Positions 10,018-20,019 of a stretch of 64,000 nt of DNA are shown here, piece by piece (the stretch's first letter is position 1; each line of letters begins with the position of its first letter). Below the pieces are notes generated by a model. That model was not told the DNA's origin, searched no databases, and saw only the letters and a list, made by a program, of their open reading frames with translations. Source of the stretch: Acidobacteriota bacterium (lineage in GTDB: Bacteria > Acidobacteriota > Vicinamibacteria > Vicinamibacterales > SCN-69-37); assembly GCA_039933635.1 (NCBI GenBank), contig JBDTNQ010000008.1:2411-66410 (forward strand), read 5' to 3'. Position numbers and translations under genes: made by a program.

Positions 10018-10100
10018 GGAAGCCTCGAGCCAGAAGTTCGAGCCGAAGCCCGAAGCCCGAAGCCCGAAGCCCGAAGCTGTGAGCGCCAAGCCCTGAGCCC
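10018..10100. repeat. intergenic heptamer tandem repeat (CGAAGCC x4 perfect plus degenerate flanking copies)
   Basis: Four perfect CGAAGCC units at 10044..10071 and a fifth, CGAAGCT, at 10072..10078. Flanked by related words CGAGCC, AAGCCC and TGAGCCC. Lies between fabF and the DUF374 gene. Confidence 0.9.
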
Positions 10101-10115
10101 CCGTCCCTGCCGCTG

Positions 10116-10820
10116 ATGCCTCTGACCCGGCGCAAGCGCATTCAAGCAGCCGTGATCGCCGCGGTCGGCGTGCCCGTGGTCGAGGCCATCGGGGCGACGT
10201 ACCACTGGATCGAGCGCGGCACCGAGCACCTCGACGCCATCCACCGCAGCGGCCGTCAGCCCATCTACGCGCTCTGGCACGGCCGGATCATGCCGGGCAC
10301 CATCTACCTTCGCGACCGCGACATCGTCGTGATCACCAGCGAGAACTTCGACGGCGAGTGGGTCGCGCGGCTGATTCGGCGGTTCGGATACGACACCGCG
10401 AGGGGATCGACTTCGCGGAACGGTGCAAAGGCGCTCGTGCAACTGCGACGAGACATGCGGGCTGGACGCCCCGTGGCGTTCACCATCGACGGTCCCAGAG
10501 GCCCTCGAGAGGTCGCGCAGCCGGGCGCTGTCTGGCTGGCGAGCGCGACGGGCAATCCGATCCTGCCGTTCCACATCGAAGCCCGGGACGCCTGGACGGC
10601 GAAAAGCTGGGACCGCCATCAAATCCCCAAGCCCGGCACCGACGTCGTCGCGACGATGGGGCCGCCGATCGAGGTGGCCGCGAACGCGGACGCCGAGAGT
10701 ATCGAACGCGGACGACTCGAACTCGAGGCAGCGCTCGGCAGATTGAAGCACATGGCGCTCGACGTACTGGCCGCGGAGCGAGGGCCTGGAGGGCATGGGC
10801 ATGAACCTGAAATCCGGTGA
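10116..10820 (+). CDS. DUF374 (lysophospholipid acyltransferase-like) protein
   Basis: 234 aa. YALWHGR..SENFDGEW..RGSTSRNGAKAL..FTIDGPRGP pattern characteristic of DUF374. Confidence 0.78.
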   Translation: MPLTRRKRIQAAVIAAVGVPVVEAIGATYHWIERGTEHLDAIHRSGRQPIYALWHGRIMPGTIYLRDRDIVVITSENFDGEWVARLIRRFGYDTARGSTSRNGAKALVQLRRDMRAGRPVAFTIDGPRGPREVAQPGAVWLASATGNPILPFHIEARDAWTAKSWDRHQIPKPGTDVVATMGPPIEVAANADAESIERGRLELEAALGRLKHMALDVLAAERGPGGHGHEPEIR

Positions 10821-11412
10821 CGGCTGGTCTCGGGAGTGGCCGCGTTTGGCCGCGATGATGGTGAGCCTGGCGATTCCCACCGCATGCGGGCGTCCCGATT
10901 CCGGGGCCGCGCGGCTACAGCAGACCGATGCGGGCGCCGCTCAGGCAGGCCCGGCAACTCCGGCCCTCATCGTCCTGAAGGGGGCGTCGCGGCTTCGGGA
11001 CGGCCAGGGGCGCCACGGCGGACACGAACTCAGTTATCGGCTGCAGGTCGCGTATCCGGCCGAGGAAGTTCTGCGCAAGATTCACGAGAGCATTGCGGCC
11101 ATGCCCGCGACGCCGCTCGAACACGAGTTTCTGAATCCCGGCCTCGCCACGGGCGTTCGGCGCGGATGGTCCACTTTCATCGATGGGAGCAGGACGCCGA
11201 GCACCAGAGTGACCGCGTGGGTTGGGGAGTGGCAGACGACGGGCAGCGACGTGGTCATCTACTCGTTGCGCTACGACTCGGCGGTGGGACCGTCTCGGGC
11301 CGGAGATGAGAGGCCGGACAATGACGACCTGCTGGTCAGCGCCTCGTTCATACCGGCCGCCGCGGCGGCCGCCGTTCGGAAGCAAATCGGCATCACCGCC
11401 CCCATCAAGTAG
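10795..11412 (+). CDS. hypothetical protein, probable lipoprotein
   Basis: 205-aa ORF with coding-like composition and a lipobox-like LAIPTAC|G. Start is uncertain (10795, 10801 or 10855). No family recognised. Confidence 0.5.
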   Translation: MGMNLKSGDGWSREWPRLAAMMVSLAIPTACGRPDSGAARLQQTDAGAAQAGPATPALIVLKGASRLRDGQGRHGGHELSYRLQVAYPAEEVLRKIHESIAAMPATPLEHEFLNPGLATGVRRGWSTFIDGSRTPSTRVTAWVGEWQTTGSDVVIYSLRYDSAVGPSRAGDERPDNDDLLVSASFIPAAAAAAVRKQIGITAPIK

Positions 11413-11427
11413 AGCCGTCCGGGCTCG

Positions 11428-13950
11428 TCAGAAGCGGTACCTGAGCCCAAAGGATGGCAGCCGTGGAAGGCCACTGTCGGTCTTGTAGCCGATCTGCGGC
11501 CGATCGCTCGCGGGATCGAAGTCGAGTTGCGGCTGTAGGTTGACGTAGTTCTTCCGGTTGAGGGCGTTCAGGATCTCGACGTAGATCTGCCAGCGACCGG
11601 CCGGGTTCTTCGGTTTGAACGTGATGCGCAGGTCCAGGCGCGTGTACATTGGCAGGCGCGTCCGCGAGAGATTTGACACGCCGCCGAAGTCGACGGTCCA
11701 CACCAGGAGCCCACGGGCATCGACTTGGGGAATCAGACGGCCTGACCCGTCAGGGGCCTCCATCGAAGCGACGCGCACGCCGACGGGCACTGTGGCCGGA
11801 AAGCCGGATGCCACCCGCAGTGTCGAGCCCACGTCGAGGCGTTGACTCAGACGCAGGGTGGAGACAAGGCTGAGCGAGTGGCGGCGGTCGTAGTCGAAGG
11901 GCCGTCGGATGCCGTAGGCGTCAAGCGTCGCCTGGCCCCACGTGTAGGACGCCCATCCAGAGAGACGGTCGGCGGCGGCGCGCTGCCGCTTCTCGAGATA
12001 GACGTCGAAACCATACGCGTTGCCCGAGCCGTCGTTACTGGGTCCGCTCGTGATCTGCGGAGACGTCGGGATGCTCGTCGCCAGCGCGGCGGGGAAGTCG
12101 TACTCCGCCACGCGAGCAGCCGTTTCCTCCGGTGTTTCCAGTCGTCCGATGATCAGCCGGTCGAACGTCTTGTAGTAGGCCTCGACCCGCGCGGTGATGG
12201 CCGGACTGACGTCGTGTTCGAACGTGCCGATCACGTGCGTGGAACGTTCGCTCGAGAGCTGTTTCGCCGTGTCGGCGCTGAGGTCGACGAAGTAATCGGA
12301 CTGAAGGAGCTTCTCGTATCCCGGGCTCTGCGTGAAGAGCCCCGCGGATCCCTTCACGCGGTTTCCCCGCCCGAGCTCGACCGTCGCGGAGAGCCGGGGC
12401 GAGAAAACCACCTCTCCATTGAAGCCGCTCCGATCGATGCGCAGTCCCGGTTCCATTCTCACGCGAGGACCAAGGGTGAGCCGATCCACCAGCCATGCCG
12501 ATGCACGTGTGGTGTCGCGGCTCGAGGCGAGGAGCGACGGCAACCCCGTGCCGCCAATCACGGCGGAGCCATTGGCCACGGAGCCATTGCGATCGCCGCT
12601 GATCGTCCAGTCCCAGGTCGTCCTCAAGGCGTGCAGGTCGAACCCCGCGCTCACCGTCTGTCGGCGGCCGACCTGCGCATCGATCTGCTGCCGAAAGGAC
12701 AGGTCGCGTACGGTCAATCCGCGGTTGAACACGATGGCCGATACCTGCTCGGCGTCCCGTTCGGGCGAGTTCGAGCGCCGCGCGCCATCGCGTACCGAGC
12801 CATCAACGGCGAGGTCATCGCCATAGTCGTACCACGCCAGGATGGAACGAGCGGTCACCTGCCGCGAGAGCACGCCGCTGTAGCTCAGCGACACGAGGTC
12901 GTTCTTGGACGTGTCGCCGACGGCAATGGAGTCGCCGCTGTCCGTGAACGTGGCGTCTGTCTTCTCGCGACTCCGCAGCGCAAAAAGGCTGAACACGTGA
13001 CCAGGTTTCGCGTGCCAGTCGCCTCTCGCCTGCAGGTCCCCGAACGAGGGCAGGTCGTTGCCGGTGATCTTGTCCGCCACGAGATCGTAGTACGTGCGGC
13101 GTCCCGTGAAGAGCCAGGAGCCTCGGGCTTGCCCCGGCAGCTTGCCCTCCAGCACGACGTTCGCGTCGGTCAGCGACATGGCAGCCGATCCGGTCAGTCG
13201 CTCGCTGGAGGTGCCCGAGCGATTCTCGACGACGAGGATCGACGAGAGGCGATCGCCGTACTCGGCGCCGAAGCCTCCCGCGGTCAGCTCGAATCGCCTG
13301 ACCGTTTCGGGATTGAACGCCGACGTCAGGCCGAAGAGGCGATAGGGGTTGTGAATTTCCACCCCGTCCATGACGGTGAGGTTCTGATCGGGCCCACCGC
13401 CACGAACCGCCAGCCGGCTACCGAAGTCGTCCGTGGCGCTCACCCCCGGCAGTGTCTGAAGGGCCTTGAAGATGTTGTCGCCCGCACCGGCCACTCGCAG
13501 GACGGAGGAGGGTTGAAGCGCGACGACTGACTGGGGGGCCGACACCGCGGTGTCGGAGATGTCGATGGACTCCTGCACCGACGTCTTTGCCAGCGACAGC
13601 TCCACCGGTCCCATGCCGGGCGTGATCGTGAGATCGATCGGCTGATCGATGAAGCTCGGGGACGACACGACGACGCGGAGCGGTCCGGGCCGGGCGGTCA
13701 GGGTGAATCGGCCGTCCGCGTCGGCGGTGGCCTTGGTGATCCCTGCGGTCACGACAGCCCCGGGCAGCGGACGACCGTCCGTCTTCGCGAGGACGCGGCC
13801 GGTCACAGTCACCAGCTCCTGGACCGGCGTAGCGAACGCGGGCGCTCCGCCGAAGGCGACGAACAAGCAAGTCAATAAGGTCGATAGTGCCGTACGCGTC
13901 ACGTGGGGGTGTCTCTCCGTGGACCGGCGGTAGACTACGAGCGGTCCCAT
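11428..13950 (-). CDS. TonB-dependent receptor with N-terminal carboxypeptidase-regulatory-like domain
   Basis: C-terminal ~840 aa of ORF 11428..14841. Signal peptide TALSTLLTCLFVAFGGAPAFA. CarbopepD_reg-like VTGRVLAKTDGRPLPGAVVTAG..ADADGRFTL. Plug and barrel regions, ending ..FGLRYRF. Start at ATG 13950 or GTG 13902. Confidence 0.85.
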   Translation of the reverse strand: MGPLVVYRRSTERHPHVTRTALSTLLTCLFVAFGGAPAFATPVQELVTVTGRVLAKTDGRPLPGAVVTAGITKATADADGRFTLTARPGPLRVVVSSPSFIDQPIDLTITPGMGPVELSLAKTSVQESIDISDTAVSAPQSVVALQPSSVLRVAGAGDNIFKALQTLPGVSATDDFGSRLAVRGGGPDQNLTVMDGVEIHNPYRLFGLTSAFNPETVRRFELTAGGFGAEYGDRLSSILVVENRSGTSSERLTGSAAMSLTDANVVLEGKLPGQARGSWLFTGRRTYYDLVADKITGNDLPSFGDLQARGDWHAKPGHVFSLFALRSREKTDATFTDSGDSIAVGDTSKNDLVSLSYSGVLSRQVTARSILAWYDYGDDLAVDGSVRDGARRSNSPERDAEQVSAIVFNRGLTVRDLSFRQQIDAQVGRRQTVSAGFDLHALRTTWDWTISGDRNGSVANGSAVIGGTGLPSLLASSRDTTRASAWLVDRLTLGPRVRMEPGLRIDRSGFNGEVVFSPRLSATVELGRGNRVKGSAGLFTQSPGYEKLLQSDYFVDLSADTAKQLSSERSTHVIGTFEHDVSPAITARVEAYYKTFDRLIIGRLETPEETAARVAEYDFPAALATSIPTSPQITSGPSNDGSGNAYGFDVYLEKRQRAAADRLSGWASYTWGQATLDAYGIRRPFDYDRRHSLSLVSTLRLSQRLDVGSTLRVASGFPATVPVGVRVASMEAPDGSGRLIPQVDARGLLVWTVDFGGVSNLSRTRLPMYTRLDLRITFKPKNPAGRWQIYVEILNALNRKNYVNLQPQLDFDPASDRPQIGYKTDSGLPRLPSFGLRYRF

Positions 13951-13989
13951 CGCCAATGATACGGACGGCCATGCCATTCGGTTTGATCG

Positions 13990-14892
13990 ATGATCTTCTT
14001 CTCTGATCGGTTCGCCGAGCACACAACGCCGCCCGGCCATCCGGAGTGCCCCGAGCGCGCCGGGGTGTTCGCCGCCGTGGCCTCGAACGCGGGGCGTCCG
14101 GTGACCGAGCCAGAAGCGGCCACGCGCGACGACCTTGCCAGGATCCACACGCTTGCCCACATCGAAACGATCGCGGCGACGGCCGGGCGGTCGGTCATGT
14201 TGGATCCGGACACCTTCACGAGCCCGGAGTCGTATGACGTCGCCCTGCTCGCGGCCGGAGCGGCCGTTGGTGCGGCGCGGCACGCGTGGCGGGAGCGGAC
14301 GGGCAGCGTCGCGCTCGTGCGTCCCCCAGGGCACCACGCGGAGCCTCAGCGGGCAATGGGATTCTGTCTGTTCAACAATATCGCGATAGCCGCCGCGGCC
14401 CTGCGCGCCGACGGCGCCTCGCGCGTGGCCATCGTGGACATCGACGTGCACCATGGCAACGGCACGCAGGCGGCCTTCTACGCCGATCCGGCCGTGTTCT
14501 ATGTCTCCACCCATCAGTTCCCGTTCTATCCCGGCACCGGCGCGGCCGATGAAACCGGAGTGGGGGACGGAGAAGGCTTTACGCTGAATATCCCGCTTGC
14601 GGCTGGCGCCACCGACGAGGTCTATCTCCGCGCGTATGAGGGCCAGGTGATTCCCGCCCTCGAGCGGTACAGGCCTGACGTGCTGCTCGTTTCCGCCGGA
14701 TTCGACGCGCACGCTCGGGATCCGCTGGCCAGCATGCGGGTCTCGACCGAGGGGTACCGGCAAATCGTCGAGATGCTTGCCCACGGCGCGGGTCAGTGGT
14801 GCGGGGGCCGAAGCGCCTGGGTCACCGAAGGCGGCTATCACCTCGGCGCGCTCGAGGAGTGCTTGGCCGACATGATCGGCGTGGTAACTTAG
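13990..14892 (+). CDS. histone deacetylase-family (class II HDAC / acetoin utilisation-like) deacetylase
   Basis: 300 aa. PPGHHAE, GFCLFNN and IVDIDVHHGNGTQ catalytic motifs. Confidence 0.88.
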   Translation: MIFFSDRFAEHTTPPGHPECPERAGVFAAVASNAGRPVTEPEAATRDDLARIHTLAHIETIAATAGRSVMLDPDTFTSPESYDVALLAAGAAVGAARHAWRERTGSVALVRPPGHHAEPQRAMGFCLFNNIAIAAAALRADGASRVAIVDIDVHHGNGTQAAFYADPAVFYVSTHQFPFYPGTGAADETGVGDGEGFTLNIPLAAGATDEVYLRAYEGQVIPALERYRPDVLLVSAGFDAHARDPLASMRVSTEGYRQIVEMLAHGAGQWCGGRSAWVTEGGYHLGALEECLADMIGVVT

Positions 14893-14901
14893 ACGAACGT
14901 A

Positions 14902-14971
14902 GGGCTCGAGGCTTCAGGCTCAGGGCCGCGCCCTGATCTGGCCGTGAGTCCGAAGCCTTGAGCCCGAGCCC
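14902..14971. repeat. intergenic inverted repeat built from the GAAGCC/GAGCCC word family
   Basis: Left arm GGGCTCGAGGCTTCAGGCTC (14902..14921) is complementary at 17 of 20 positions to right arm GAGTCCGAAGCCTTGAGCCC (14946..14965). Lies between the HDAC gene and leuS. Confidence 0.85.
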
Positions 14972-14979
14972 TTCTCCCC

Positions 14980-17535
14980 GTGTCTGACTACCATCCTCAG
15001 GAAATCGAGCAGAAGTGGCAGCGCCGCTGGCAGGAGTCGCGCGCGTTCGAGGTCGAGGTCGATGCCTCGAAGCCAAAGTTCTACTGCCTCGAGATGTTCG
15101 CCTATCCGTCCGGTCACGCGCATGTCGGGCACGTCCGCAACTACATGATTGGCGACATCATGGCGCGCACCATGCGGATGCGCGGCTTCAACGTACTGCA
15201 CCCGTTCGGATGGGATGCGTTCGGCCTCCCGGCCGAGAATGCCGCCATCAAGAACCGCACGCACCCGGAGAAGTGGACGCTCGACAACATCGCGCACATG
15301 AAGGGCCAGTTGCAGCGCCTGGGCATCAGCTATGCCTGGGAGCGCGAGATCGCCACGTGCCTGCCGGAGTACTACCGCTGGAATCAATGGTTGTTCACGC
15401 GGATGTTCGACAGGGGCCTCGCGTATCGCCGCCGGTCTACCGTCAACTGGTGCGAGACCGACCAGACGGTGCTGGCGAACGAGCAGGTGGTCGACGGTGT
15501 CTGCTGGCGTTGCGGGACGCCGGTGACCACGCGCAACCTCGAGCAGTGGTTTCTGCGGATCACGGCCTATGCAGATGAGCTGCTGCACGCCCTCGGCGAT
15601 CTGAAGGAGTGGCCTGAGAAAGTCCTCACGATGCAGCGGAACTGGATCGGGCGGTCTGAAGGCGCCCGGGTCAAGTTTCCGATTGCGAACGGCACCACGG
15701 CGACGAGCGACGTGATCGAGGTGTTCACGACGCGTATCGACACGATCTACGGCGCCAACTTCGTGCTGCTGGCGCCCGAGCATCCGCTCGTCGAACGGTT
15801 TGCGGCCGAGTCACCGGACCCCGCGGCGTTCCTCGCGCGTGTAGCAGGCTTCCGCTCGCAGGACCGCACGGCGAGGCTCACCGGCGAGATCGAGAAGGAA
15901 GGCTTCGACACCGGACGCCGCGTGATCAATCCGTTCACGCACGCGCCCGTTCCCGTGTGGATTGCGAACTTCGTGCTGGGCGATTACGGGACGGGCGCCG
16001 TGATGGCGGTCCCGGCGCACGACGAGCGTGACTTCGAGTTCGCGCGCAAGTACGGACTCCCCGTTACCGTCGTCGTCCAACCCGACGGTCAGACGCTCGA
16101 GGGCGAGACGTTGGCCGCGGCCTTCGATGGCGATGGCACTCTGGTGAATTCAGGATCCTTCGCCGGGCTGCGTGTCGCGGATGCGCGACGGACGATGACG
16201 GCCGAGGCCGCGACGCATGGCATCGGCGAGGGCACGGTGCAGTACCGGATCAAGGACTGGGGCGTCTCACGCCAACGCTACTGGGGCACGCCGATTCCGA
16301 TCATCCAATGCCCGGACTGTGGCCTCGTGCCGGTGCCCGACAAAGACCTGCCCGTGCGGCTGCCGCACATCACGGAGTTCACCGGCCGCGGCGATTCGCC
16401 GCTCGCGCAGGTCCCCGAGTTCGTCAACGCGCCCTGTCCCCGCTGCGGCAAGCCGGGCCGACGCGAGACGGACACGATGGACACGTTCGTGGATTCGTCG
16501 TGGTATTTCTACCGCTTCTGCGATCCGACGAACGAGTCGCTGCCGTTCGATCCGGCCGCCGTCAAGTATTGGGGGCCCGTCGATTTCTACAGCGGCGGCG
16601 TCGAGCACGCGATCCTGCATCTGATCTACTCGCGCTTCTTCAGCCGTGTGTTCCGTGACGTCGGACTGGTCGACATCGACGAGCCGTTCACGCGTCTGTT
16701 GACGCAGGGCATGGTGCTGCGCCACGGCGCGGTCATGTCGAAGTCCAAGGGCAACGTCGTCGATCCAGACGACATGATCGCGAAGTTCGGCGCCGACGCG
16801 TTGCGCCTCTACGTGATGTTCGTCGCGCCGCCAGAGAAGGAAGTCGAGTGGACCGACTCCGGCCTCGAGGGGTCGTTCCGGTTTCTCTGCCGCATCTGGC
16901 GCATCGCGGACTACCTGATTCCGGCGCTGAGCGGTGCGAGTTCGCCCGCCGGCATGTTGCTCGACGATGACGAGCGTGCGCTGCGTCGACGGACGCACAG
17001 GACGATCACACGTGTGACGGGGGACATCGATCCGCGCATGCACCTGAACACGGCGGTGTCCGCGCTGATGGAGCACGTGAACGAAATCTACGCGTTTTGC
17101 CAGAAGTCGAACCCCGGGTTGCGCGTCGACGAAGAGGGCGGCGCCCCAGGCTGGGTCGAAGATCGTGCGGAGACGGCGGCAGTCCTGCGCGAAGCCCTGG
17201 ACGCCCTCGTGTTGCTCATCTCGCCGTTCACGCCGCATCTGGCTGAGGAACTCTGGGAGCGCTTGGGGCACGACGATGGCGTGGTGGCCGCAGGATGGCC
17301 GGCGTTCGATCCGGCGGCGGCGGCCGAGGAATCGATCGAGATCCCCGTGCAGGTCAACGGCAAGCTGCGGGGCCGTGTCACTGTCCCGGCCGGGTCGAGC
17401 GAGGACGAGATTCGCGCCGCGGCATTCAGCGCGTCGTCCGTCGCGCCGTACCTCGCGGACATGGAGATCGCCAAAGTGGTCGTGCCCAACGGCCGGCTCG
17501 TCAGCATCGTTGTGCGTCCGAAGAAACAACCATGA
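14980..17535 (+). CDS. leuS: leucine--tRNA ligase
   Basis: 851 aa. HVGHVRNY (HIGH) and VMSKSKGN (KMSKS) motifs, plus a CP1 editing domain. Confidence 0.97.
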   Translation: MSDYHPQEIEQKWQRRWQESRAFEVEVDASKPKFYCLEMFAYPSGHAHVGHVRNYMIGDIMARTMRMRGFNVLHPFGWDAFGLPAENAAIKNRTHPEKWTLDNIAHMKGQLQRLGISYAWEREIATCLPEYYRWNQWLFTRMFDRGLAYRRRSTVNWCETDQTVLANEQVVDGVCWRCGTPVTTRNLEQWFLRITAYADELLHALGDLKEWPEKVLTMQRNWIGRSEGARVKFPIANGTTATSDVIEVFTTRIDTIYGANFVLLAPEHPLVERFAAESPDPAAFLARVAGFRSQDRTARLTGEIEKEGFDTGRRVINPFTHAPVPVWIANFVLGDYGTGAVMAVPAHDERDFEFARKYGLPVTVVVQPDGQTLEGETLAAAFDGDGTLVNSGSFAGLRVADARRTMTAEAATHGIGEGTVQYRIKDWGVSRQRYWGTPIPIIQCPDCGLVPVPDKDLPVRLPHITEFTGRGDSPLAQVPEFVNAPCPRCGKPGRRETDTMDTFVDSSWYFYRFCDPTNESLPFDPAAVKYWGPVDFYSGGVEHAILHLIYSRFFSRVFRDVGLVDIDEPFTRLLTQGMVLRHGAVMSKSKGNVVDPDDMIAKFGADALRLYVMFVAPPEKEVEWTDSGLEGSFRFLCRIWRIADYLIPALSGASSPAGMLLDDDERALRRRTHRTITRVTGDIDPRMHLNTAVSALMEHVNEIYAFCQKSNPGLRVDEEGGAPGWVEDRAETAAVLREALDALVLLISPFTPHLAEELWERLGHDDGVVAAGWPAFDPAAAAEESIEIPVQVNGKLRGRVTVPAGSSEDEIRAAAFSASSVAPYLADMEIAKVVVPNGRLVSIVVRPKKQP

Positions 17536-18065
17536 AACGTGTGCTGTTGCTGTTCGTGTGCGTGGTGGCGCTGGCGTCGGTCAGCTGCGGATACGCCCTG
17601 GCCGGTCGCGGCAACTCGCTGCCGTCGAGTATCGTGAAGGTCGGTATCCCGCCCTTCGTCAACCAGTCGACCACGCCGGACATCGATCGCGTGCTGACGA
17701 CGGCGGTCACGCAGGAGTGGCAGGGGAAAGGGAAGTATCGCGTGCAACCTGACGCCGCGGGCGCGGACGCGGTCCTCAAGGGGACGATTCTGAGCGTGGG
17801 GCTCGTCCCGCTGGCGTTCACCGCGAACCAGCAGGTCTCGAAGTACTCGATTGTCGTGACGGCTTCCATCGAATTCCGTGAGACGGCCACAGACAAAGTG
17901 CTGTGGGCGAATCCGTCGTTTCAAGCCCGCGACGATTACGACGTGGCCGGCGGCGTCACGGCGACGGACGTCAGCGCGATCTTCACGCAGAACCAGAACG
18001 CCCTTGACCGCATCGCGAAGGCGTTCGCGCGCACGGTCGTCACGTCGATCTTCGAGGCGTTCTAG
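17532..18065 (+). CDS. lptE: LPS-assembly lipoprotein LptE
   Basis: Tail of ORF 17295..18065 starting [23 protein letters not shown] (lipobox). ATGA overlap with the leuS stop. Conserved leuS-lptE-holA order. Confidence 0.82.
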   Translation: MKRVLLLFVCVVALASVSCGYALAGRGNSLPSSIVKVGIPPFVNQSTTPDIDRVLTTAVTQEWQGKGKYRVQPDAAGADAVLKGTILSVGLVPLAFTANQQVSKYSIVVTASIEFRETATDKVLWANPSFQARDDYDVAGGVTATDVSAIFTQNQNALDRIAKAFARTVVTSIFEAF

Positions 18066-18071
18066 CGCCGG

Positions 18072-19094
18072 ATGGCCTCCCTCACCCTCGCGGCCCTCAA
18101 ACAGCAGATCGCCGATCGGAAGCTGGCGCCGCTATACCTTTTCGTTGGCGAAGATGTGAAGCTGATGGATCGAATGGTGGACGGGCTCGAAGAGGTCATC
18201 GACCCTGCGGATCGCCCGTTTGCCGTGGAACGTTTCTACGGCGGCGAAGCGGCTGCGTCGCCTGAGGCCATTGCGGATGCGGCCCGCATCATGCCGATGC
18301 TTGGCGATCGGCGCCTCGTGTTCGTGCTGCGCGCGGAGCGGCTGCTCAAGCCGAAACGCGCGTCGAAAGCGGCGCCCGTCGATGAGGACGCCGAAGAGGC
18401 CGAGGGCGATCAGGCCGTGGACGGCGGGCCGCTCGAGGACTACTTCGCGTCGCCCGTGCCGTCGACCACGATCGTGTTCGTGGCCACGGAGGTCGACAAG
18501 GCCCGGCGGCTGACGAAGCGCCTCCTCGAGGCGGCCAAAGTTGTCGACTTCGCCGGGCTTGGCGATGCGCGGAACCCGGGCAGTCGCGGAAACGCGACCG
18601 ACTACGTCAAAGAGGAGTTGACGCGCGCGGGGCGTTCCATCGCACCCGATGCGGCGCGGATGATTGTGGAGCGTTCGGCCAACGACATCACCAAGATTCG
18701 TGCGGACGTCGAACGCCTGCTGCTCTTTGCCGGAGATCGGCGCACGCTGACGATTGACGATGTCAGGGAAGTCGTGTCGGTGCAGACGGGCGTCGATGAT
18801 GAGTGGGCGATCAACAACGCCCTCTCCGATGGCAACGCCTCGCGCGCGCTGATGGAGACGGGCAACCGTTTCGACCGGGGCGATTCGCCCCACGCCATCG
18901 TGGGGCAATTGCGGTGGTGGGTCGCCAACAAGCTGGCCGCGGCCGAGCCGGCCCGCGTGAAACCCGCACTCGACGCGCTGCTCCGCACCGACCTTGCGCT
19001 CAAGAGCTCGGGCGGTGACGAGCGGATCCTCGTGGAACGGCTTGTCGTGGAGTTGACGGGCCGGCCGCTACCCGCGCAACGAGGGCGCTGGTAA
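18072..19094 (+). CDS. holA: DNA polymerase III subunit delta
   Basis: 340 aa. The N-terminal LAPLYLFVGED pattern and its position after lptE match HolA. Confidence 0.85.
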   Translation: MASLTLAALKQQIADRKLAPLYLFVGEDVKLMDRMVDGLEEVIDPADRPFAVERFYGGEAAASPEAIADAARIMPMLGDRRLVFVLRAERLLKPKRASKAAPVDEDAEEAEGDQAVDGGPLEDYFASPVPSTTIVFVATEVDKARRLTKRLLEAAKVVDFAGLGDARNPGSRGNATDYVKEELTRAGRSIAPDAARMIVERSANDITKIRADVERLLLFAGDRRTLTIDDVREVVSVQTGVDDEWAINNALSDGNASRALMETGNRFDRGDSPHAIVGQLRWWVANKLAAAEPARVKPALDALLRTDLALKSSGGDERILVERLVVELTGRPLPAQRGRW

Positions 19095-19120
19095 GACACC
19101 CGCGGCCGTCGGCGGTTCGC

Positions 19121-19390
19121 CTACGCCGTTTTCGCCGTGAGGCGCTTCGCGATGCGGGACTTGTACCGGCCCGCGGCGTTGTCGTGGATGATGCCCTTGC
19201 CGGACATTTTGTCGATGAGCGAAAAGGTCTGGCTCAGGGCGGACTTGGCGCCGGCGGTGTCGCCTGTGTCAATCGCGCTGCGGATCGCTTTGAGCGCCGT
19301 GCGAAGCTTGGACCGGAGGGCCCGATTGTGCTCGGTGCGCTTGATCGTCTGGCGGTGAGCCTTCACCGCGGATGCATGTCGAGTGGCCAC
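19121..19390 (-). CDS. rpsT: 30S ribosomal protein S20
   Basis: 89 aa starting MATRHASAVKAHRQTIKRTEHNRALRSKLRTALK. Confidence 0.95.
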   Translation of the reverse strand: MATRHASAVKAHRQTIKRTEHNRALRSKLRTALKAIRSAIDTGDTAGAKSALSQTFSLIDKMSGKGIIHDNAAGRYKSRIAKRLTAKTA

Positions 19391-19455
19391 GCTCTATTCC
19401 TCACCTGCGGGCCCAGCCCGCTCGAATCAGCCCATTTCATGGGCGCAAACACTGA

Positions 19456-19461
19456 AGTATA
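19456..19461 (-). promoter_or_regulatory. candidate -10 box TATACT for rpsT
   Basis: Reverse strand reads GCTATACTTCAG, 65 nt upstream of the rpsT ATG. Confidence 0.35.
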
Positions 19462-19466
19462 GCACT

Positions 19467-19507
19467 AGGCGGGCTGCGGACCGCACGCGGCGGGCCGCAG
19501 CCCGCCT
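19467..19507 (-). terminator. GC-rich hairpin downstream of the S4-domain gene
   Basis: 13-bp perfect arms AGGCGGGCTGCGG / CCGCAGCCCGCCT with a 15-nt loop, 38 nt after the stop at 19545. Confidence 0.55.
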
Positions 19508-19544
19508 GGCGGCTGGCACGGGCGCCGGGGGCCGTCCGCGCCCC

Positions 19545-19931
19545 CTAGTCCTCGCCCTCTTTTGCCCTCCTGAGCCGCCGCCGCTCGTTCCGGTCCGGCG
19601 CCACGGGCGTCGTTAGACGCCTCGGCCGTGCGATGCGCAGCAGGTCGAGCATGACCTGTTCCTCTGGCGATGGAGGCGGCGTCGTGTCCTGGTAGAGGAG
19701 CTTGGCTTCCGCCTTCGGAATGTGTTTCTCGGTGGTCGACGACACGACCACCCGCTGGCGTCGGCCGAGCGGCCGCGTGATCTCGATCACGTCTCCGGCG
19801 CCAATCTCCCGGTGCGGCTTGGCGGAGTGGCCGTTGACGTCCACTTTTCCGCCTTTGATGGCTTTCTGGGCCTCTGAACGCGTCTTGAACAGGCACGCAA
19901 CGTCCAGCCAGATGTCGAGTCGGACAGGCAT
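19545..19931 (-). CDS. RNA-binding S4-domain protein (Hsp15/HslR-like)
   Basis: MPVRLDIWLDVACLFKTRSEAQKAIKGGKVDVNG is an S4 fold motif. The ATG at 19931 is preferred because the longer ORF (to 20021) overlaps the divergent OMP gene. Confidence 0.75.
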   Translation of the reverse strand: MPVRLDIWLDVACLFKTRSEAQKAIKGGKVDVNGHSAKPHREIGAGDVIEITRPLGRRQRVVVSSTTEKHIPKAEAKLLYQDTTPPPSPEEQVMLDLLRIARPRRLTTPVAPDRNERRRLRRAKEGED

Positions 19932-20019
19932 CCCATTTACTGTAAGGCGAGACGGGACGCGTCCGCGTCGCCCGGCAGGAACACTTGAGCCGAACCGCGT
20001 CGGCCCGTAGAGTGGAAGC

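Noticed and set aside
10018-10100. Possibility that the tandem repeats (10018..10100, 31856..31912, 44481..44565) are CRISPR arrays
   Set aside because: The units are 7-9 nt and directly abutting with no spacers. The arrays are under 90 nt and there are no cas genes. These are simple tandem repeats, not CRISPR.
13951-14841. N-terminal ~297 aa of the 1137-aa minus-strand ORF 11428..14841
   Set aside because: This part is antisense to a clear HDAC-family gene (13990..14892) and is Arg/Gly/His-rich with no domain pattern. The receptor homology, including its signal peptide, begins at 13950/13902. The long ORF is a high-GC read-through artefact.
10795-14892. Lipoprotein, TonB-dependent receptor and HDAC-family deacetylase as a functional uptake/deacetylation system
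   Set aside because: The three genes are in convergent and divergent orientations, so they are not an operon. There is no SusD-like partner or regulator, and I know of no link between these families. Adjacency alone is insufficient.
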